Part shown: in pieces, positions 57,076 to 64,000 of the stretch
How positions within the stretch are numbered: the stretch's first letter is position 1
How the letters are laid out: every line of letters starts with the position of its first letter
Assembly: GCF_009914755.1 (NCBI RefSeq)
Contig: NC_060938.1
Reading direction: 5' to 3' (one strand)
Length of the DNA: 64,000 nt
Source of the DNA: the human T2T-CHM13v2.0 reference genome, Homo sapiens
Position numbers and translations under genes: made by a program
Notes under the pieces: generated by a model
What the model saw: the letters and a program-made list of their open reading frames with translations, nothing else
What the model was told of the DNA's origin: nothing
Databases searched by the model: none

Positions 57076-58769
57076 AGATTTCTTCTTCCACCATCTTTCT
57101 AATAAAAATACCTTGTAATTTTGCATAGATAAATATTCCATATCTTATGACTATGGAAAGACTATTGAGTACTAAGCCATGTGGTACACTGTTGCTTTTC
57201 CTTTCCTCCATAACTTTATGTTCTGCCTGGAGTTAATGTGTCTTGCTTTTCGTTTGCTTGGATTTTAAGGTATGTATCACGAATTCAACTATAAACTCCT
57301 CTCTTATGTAAACCTTTTCTCCATACATTCAAATGTGTAATCTATTTTACTAATATTTTTCTCCTTGAAGTAATCTTCCTGAGAGCCTCTGGACTGGGCT
57401 GATTACTTTCTGGGCCTGCTGTACATCTGTCACCTCAGGACCTCCCGTCACCATCATCTTGGGGTTCCCTTCCCTCTCACTCCCGTTGGATCCCCTGATT
57501 CCCAGATTCCCTGTCTTCCTCTTTCTTGCTTTACTCCCCTCCCCTTTTGGGCACACAATCTACAGTAGATTCTTGAGAAAGGGAAATATATAGATTGTTT
57601 TGCTGAACCACTTCAGAATAAGTTTGTCACTTCTCTAAATATTTCAGCAAGTATCTTCTAAAACAAGGACAATCTTCACACAAAACCATAATATAAATAT
57701 CAAACCCAAGAAATCAGTATTATTTAATGTACGCACCATAATCACATTTCCCCAGTTGCCCAAATAGTGCCCTTTCTAGCTGTTTCTTTTTTAATCCGGG
57801 ACCCAGTCAAAGATCATGCATTGCATTTAGTTATTAGGCCTTGTTAATCTCATTTCCTTTCATCTAAACTGTTTCTCCACCTTTTTTTATTCACATGACA
57901 ATGACACTTTTTAGGAGCTTAAGCCTGTGATGAATATGTTCTAAATTTGCCTGGTGTAGGTTGCACATATGAAGAACATACCAAAAACCAATTATACAAT
58001 TTAAATGGGTGAATATGTGCAAAATGTCTCTAAATTTGTATTTGTCTGATTGTTTCCTTGTGGTTAGAATTAGGATCTGATTCTTAAACAAATTTGCAAC
58101 CAGTCCCCCTGTTTTCAAGCCTCATCTTTACCTGCTCTCTCAGAGCAAATGATCTCCTTTCATCCTGGCGTTTTTGGGGAACTTTCAGGTACAAATTAAG
58201 GTATTTTTTGCTTTTTCTCACTGCTAGGTCAGAATCCTGCTTTCTACAGTTTGCCCAAGTCAGTCTCCATCCCAAGTTAGCCCATCTGATTTTGTTGCTT
58301 TTGGTACCTCTCTTGTCTGGAAGAGCTCATGTCTTTTATTAAAGCCTTTATTATTGTTTTACTGGAATTCCAGGAGGGAGCAAATGTAAAATGTATGTGT
58401 TCAATCAGCCATATTCAACTGGAAGTCCTATTCATTTACTTTTGAAATTAAAAGTTTATATAATCACTGTAAATTTAATACATGCTTTTTAGAGAACATT
58501 TAGAAAAAAATAATAAAGTTGGAAAGGGAAGAGCTCATTTATAGTCCCACTTCCTAATACAATCACTATTCATATTTTTTTTTACTACTTCTGCTTCTTT
58601 TTCTTTTGCTACAAGCTATTGCATTTTCCCATCAGTGTGGGGGTGTATATATATATATGTATACACACACTTATATATAATATATTTTATATTTTATATA
58701 TAATAGATAGATGCTGGTAGATGATGTACATATTCTTTGGTGAGGTGTCTATTCAGGTCTTTTGCCATT

Positions 58770-59070
58770 TTTTTGTTTTGTTTTGTTTTGAGACTGGGTC
58801 TCACTCTGTGGCCCAGACTGGAATGCAGTGGTGTGAGCTCGACTCTCTGCAACTCTGCCTCCAGGGTCCAAGCGATTCTCCTGCCTCAGCCTCCCGCGTA
58901 GCTGGGATTACAGGCACCCACCACCACACCCGGCTAATTTTTGTATCTTTAGTAGAGTCAGGGTTTCACCATGTTGGCCAGGCTGGTCTCCAACTCCTGA
59001 CCTCAGGTGATCCACCCGCCTCGATCTCCCAAAGTGTTGGGATTACAGGTGTGAACTACCGTGCCCGGCC
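58770..59070 (-). mobile_element. Alu (AluS-like)
   Basis: Antisense Alu, TSD-like cttttgcc. Confidence 0.95.
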
Positions 59071-61575
59071 ACCTTTTGCCTATTTTCTAATCAGGTTGTT
59101 TCTTGTTCTTGAGTAGTAAAAGCTCTTTGTACATTTTAGATAACAGTCGTATCCAATAGTTTTTTGCATATATTTTTCCCAGTCTGTGACTTATCTTCTC
59201 ATTCTCTTGACAGTGTCTTTCACAGAGCACGTATGCTGCTGCTTTTTAAAAATAAAATCATACAATATACAACAAACAGTACTCATGCTGTTACAAAGAT
59301 CTTGCTTTTTTTTATTGTGATAAAATATATATAACATTCTAGCTTTTTTAAAGTGTGCAATTCAGTGACATTAGGTACATTCACTTTGTTGTGCAACCAT
59401 CACTACTAACCATCTCCAGAACTTTTTCATCATCCCAAACTAAAACTCTCTACCAATTAAATAATAACTGACCATTACTGGCTCCCCCAGTGCCTGGCAA
59501 CCATCATTCTATTTTCTTTCTCTGTACATTTCATTACTCTAGGTACCTCAGATAGATATTTGTCCTTCTGTGAATGCTTTTGCAATTTAACATTACAATA
59601 TTACTCAATGATATACCAAATAGACCATAGTTTATTTACCCATTTCTCACTGTTGAACATGTTAATTGTGGTTCCAATTTTTTGCTATTATATTTGAACA
59701 TATTTATGCATTATATGTTTTAAGTAACAATATGCCTTTATAACAGATTTCTAGAGGTGGAATTACTGAAAATAGGCTAAGAATATTTTTAAGAATCTTG
59801 ATACAGTTTTCCAACTTACCTTGCAAAAAAATCTTAAGAATTTATGCATCCACAAGTGACATAGAACAAGTGCCTATTTCACCATATTCTCAACAGTATT
59901 ATAATCTCAAGTCTGTGCTAACTTGATCAGCAAAAAAACAAAAAAGTACCTGTTAGTTATGATATGCTTATGACACTTGTGAGACTGACCCATTTTCCAG
60001 TTTTATTAGTTGATCTCTCTCTTTTGTGAAATTTTGTGCATATCCTTACTCCATTTATCTAATGTATTCTTAATGGTTTTCTTATAACTTTATGTAAAGC
60101 TCTTTATATAACATAAGTAGCCATCTTTTGTCTATAATGTTTTCTGTAAATACTTTCTCAGCATGTTTGCTTTTAAATCTTTGCTTCTTTTTTAACATAG
60201 AGTTGTTTCCAGGAATTCTTAAAAATAGAATACACTTAGGAGAAAAAAGGATGGTCATGGTGAACTTTAGAATTCTCTTTCAGGCATGTGATTTCATAGG
60301 ACATTAATTATTCATCTCCAGGAGGGTCAAATTTCCCAAGATGAAGTTTTCTACAGCTAAGCCAATACTTTTGCATAACATTTAAAAGCAAATTGACAAT
60401 TAACCTTGGACAATAGAGCAATGATGTAAGATTACCCTTGCAATAAACACTGTTTAGAAGTCAGGTTGCTCCATTCAGCACCAGCTGGAACTACTCTGTA
60501 GGATAAAATGTGCATTACTCTCTGCTGTTTCCAATGCCAAGCACAACTAAGGTCTTTACTAATTTGTAGCAAAAATTTTAGAACAACTAACAGACCATAA
60601 CCAAGGTGTACAATTCCTACATTGCAAACAAAGCCCAAAAAGGTTGAGTTGTCACTGATTTCCACATATGGAGCCTTACTTTTTCTGTACCTATATTTTG
60701 AAAATAAGCATCTTTCCTGGGCAGGCCACATAACAGGATTTAGGAGAAAAATAAAAGAGACCTTAAAATAAAAACTATAAAAATTATTACAACCTTGAGC
60801 AAGCTACAGAGAGTCCTAGGACATTTGCTTATACACCTGGGCATTTATGAAAACTAGAGGAAAAGAAAAGATGCATTTGTTATGACAGTAACACTCCACT
60901 TTGCTTTGCAAGAGGAGAGAGTCCTACCGTGGTTTCTCTGCCCACACCTGACATTCAAGGGCATTTTGCAAAGGAAATCAGTGAGGATGAAAATCCAAGT
61001 CACTTGATGGCTGCGTGATTCAAAAGGCAAAACTAGTCTCGTCTTCCTCTTATACCCAAATTGGAGAAAAGTTATAACTGTGAGTTTACAGAAGACAAGA
61101 TGAATGGTACTGTCACAATCATAGTCCCCACAGTTTCTGAGATCTAAGACAGTGAACCAAGTCCAAGCCAGATTTAGTGCATTCTCACATGCCCGGGGCT
61201 TGTAAAGGGGCAAACTTGAAACGATTTCACTTCTATGCCAAACAAGCAATAGGAAAAGGTTTATGGATTTTATTTTTGTAACAATAGTAGAATTTTTGCT
61301 TGCACTTCATAATTTATAAAATGGCCTTCACATAAACACATTATCTTATTAATTCATTTAAATGGTGCCACCACTCTGGGAGCTGGGTACCTCTATATGT
61401 ATGCCCCACGTATCAAAAGGTGCCTTAAATATTCTAAGTACTCAATAAATGCTTTTTGAATAGATGTGTATTAGGTGAACTTCCCTCTTCAAATGGACCA
61501 CATGAATAGGTGAGCCATCATACCTCAAATGTAAGGAAGTAGCAGTGATTTGTTATTTGACAATTCACCCATGAA

Positions 61576-61595
61576 CACACACACACACACACACA
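61576..61595. repeat. (CA)n microsatellite
   Basis: Direct read. Confidence 0.9.
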
Positions 61596-62151
61596 TGAAG
61601 TAGCATGATGCATTAGGTGGAGGGGATTAATTATATTTTATTAAATAAGTCACATTAGTTACTATGCCTTTTCCTCACTCAAATCCAACCAATTCTACTT
61701 TTTAACCCTATAACAAGGTCTTCCGAAATATATATTTTTTAACTAGGCAGGTGTAAGAGTATTTGGCCTGTTAGTTATTCCTTGATTGGCTAGGTTATAA
61801 TGTGGAAAGCTGACAGTTTTGGAAGTCCATGAGTACAACATAGTGCTTCATCAAGGCTTGCCATAGTGATAGAGTCCAAGGGGTAGGGTTGGACAATCTC
61901 CTGTAGTCCTATCCTCCTCTACAACCCATAATTATAAGAGCATGAAATTGAAAACTTGGAAGTTTAAAATGTCTTCACTGGCAAAATGTGGCTAAGAGAG
62001 GATCTCAAAGATTCCTTAGAGAAAAATCAAGAAATCTTATACCAAAATGTGGGCAAAATAGTATTAAGAGACAGTGGTGCCTGAATACAAAATAGTAACA
62101 TCAGATAATACATAGTATCCACTACAAGACAAACAAATGAGAAGATCTTAG

Positions 62152-62483
<332 letters not shown>

Positions 62484-62556
62484 ATTTAATGTTATAATTC
62501 ATTTTGCTCACTATTTCTCCCATGGCACTTCTTTAATTCTTCCATTATACTGCAAT

Positions 62557-63018
62557 TTTTTTTTGGTCCATTGAGGCATTTTTCCTATAAGCATGTATTA
62601 CATCCCTAGAAAAAGAATCCCAGAATTTTCCCTCCCGTGTGTTTTTGTCTTGCTTCTTCAAGGTCTGTGATGCCAGCTGAGGTGGTCAGCACAATAAAAC
62701 CAAACCGACGAGACAGGAGCATATTATTCTGCCATCTTTCTAGGTCTTTAGGTTGCACATCAAATCTGGGGCTGATCACTCCACACTTGTTTAACCAGAC
62801 TGTGAGGTTCACAACAATTTTCCCAGCTCTGTGATCATCAATGATTTCAAATTTGCCAATGTAATCATGTTTCATCACAGTTAGAAACTGGATAATGACT
62901 CTGGAGCACAGCCTAATAAGAACCTGGGGTTTGTCTCTCTTTGACATTGTTGATGCTCTTGAGAGCATCAGCCAGGACATTCATGTGCACAATTATGGCA
63001 GCATGGAAAGAAAATGTG
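62557..63018 (-). pseudogene. RPS15A (ribosomal protein uS8) processed pseudogene
   Basis: ORF 62606..62980 contains QVLIR...[19 protein letters not shown]...[14 protein letters not shown]...[12 protein letters not shown]...[12 protein letters not shown]; intronless; short A-tail; TSD tatactg(c/g)aat (62546-62556, 63019-63029); start reads ATT; N-terminal frameshift. Confidence 0.97.
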
Positions 63019-63264
63019 TATACTGGAATATTTATGGGAATGCCTCTCCCACTAGAGCTTTGGCTCCTGGCATGTAACCATTCATCATTCATTATGTAGT
63101 CTCAGGAATGGGAACACTGAAGATGATTTTTTTTAGTTTCTTGAAGGAATAAGTAAACAAACTCATTTTAGTTTTTCTTTGCTGGTCTTTCTTCTACACC
63201 CTTCCTTGTCCTTTGATCTGCCTTTCTTTCTTTTTCACATGTTCGGATAGAAATAAAAACACCT

Positions 63265-63425
63265 ATATTCTAGCCCTGGTTCTGATATTTACTAACTCTG
63301 TGGGTCACTCTTGTTCCTAACAAAAAATGGGAATAGTAGCACCTGTCATTCCCTAACTCTTTGACAGAAATGTCACATAAATTCTGATGAAATTGTACAT
63401 GTGAAATCATGCCAAAGGCTTCAGG
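63265..63425 (+). mobile_element. MIR fragment
   Basis: tctagccctggttctgatatttactaactctgtgg...aaaatgggaatagtagcacctg. Confidence 0.65.
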
Positions 63426-64000
63426 AGAAACAATTAGATAAATCGGAGGTAGTGTTTTGATAATTTGTATTGTCTATCATATACTGCTCTGCAAAACTAA
63501 GAAAACATTAGGAAAAGCTAGAAGTGAACAGGTAGGTGTAGCAAGGGAACAGTGGTGAAATCTAAGTGTCATCAAAGGAGCAATTAATGCACCATCAAAT
63601 CATTTTTTCCCAGTTAAAAATACAGTGTTATTAAAATGGTTCTCTGGGAGGCTAAGCAAAACTAAGCCAAAAATGGACAATTAACCACAGGATACATCTG
63701 AGTTTCTGAAAGACTCTGAAGCAGTTATACCCCTTTATGAGACCAAGTCATTTTCATAAGCAACATTTTACAGACTTTCTTAAAAATGGGATGAGAAGTT
63801 ACATCCTCATTACCACCACTACTCTCTACCTCCCACTCTAGCTTACCTCATTCTGCTTTATACCTAAAACAACTTGGGATCTGACTCTTAGATAATTGCA
63901 ACAGTTCTCTTAGTGGCTTTCTCTAATGGGGCAGAGGGGGCATTCCTGGTTAGGTGTTGCTAGATTGCAATTCAGAGCAACCTCCTTCAACGGAAAGTCT

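Larger units (their letters stand above)
56780..60200. mobile_element. Mosaic of ancient L1M fragments
   Basis: Degenerate L1-like tracts, e.g. 59310-59560 (aattcagtgacattaggtacattcactttgttgtgcaaccatcac, L1MB-type 3' end, minus). Confidence 0.55.

Noticed and set aside
62606-62980. Functional RPS15A gene
   Set aside because: Processed copy with lost start, N-terminal frameshift, a codon deletion and substitutions at conserved residues.
63842-63870. 17-nt minus-strand micro-exon (gttttag|63863-63847|gtaagc)
   Set aside because: Weak polypyrimidine tract and no supporting context; expected by chance.

Overview
Primate (human-like, AluY-bearing) nuclear DNA: AT-rich, CpG-depleted and dominated by interspersed repeats (about 30 Alu/FLAM copies, nested L1s, L2/MIR, MaLR/ERVL LTRs, hAT and Tc1/mariner MITEs). 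I find no intact, recognisable protein-coding gene; almost every ORF in the track is a repeat-derived artefact. The gene-derived elements I can support are four dead copies: a vomeronasal type-1 receptor (V1R) pseudogene (+, ~4482-5020) split by a FLAM monomer and cut off by L1; a 5'-truncated Y3 RNA retrocopy inside an L1 (-, 6722-6811); a full-length RPL37 processed pseudogene with an Alu inserted at its stop codon (-, 31961-32662); and an RPS15A processed pseudogene (-, 62557-63018). Structural oddities are a ~1 kb AT-rich block with nested perfect inverted repeats (50180-51235), an orientation-switching minisatellite (~30885-31215), an Alu-mediated 384-bp tandem duplication (43457-44440) and an internal L1 fragment with no 3' end set into a MIR. 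A chain of phase-compatible minus-strand exon-like segments (22210-21958, 19241-19206, 14677 onward) is a low-confidence candidate spliced transcript. I cannot demonstrate a new biological system from this sequence. Repeat subfamily names and boundaries are from recall and by eye, so they are approximate, and I could not identify the locus.
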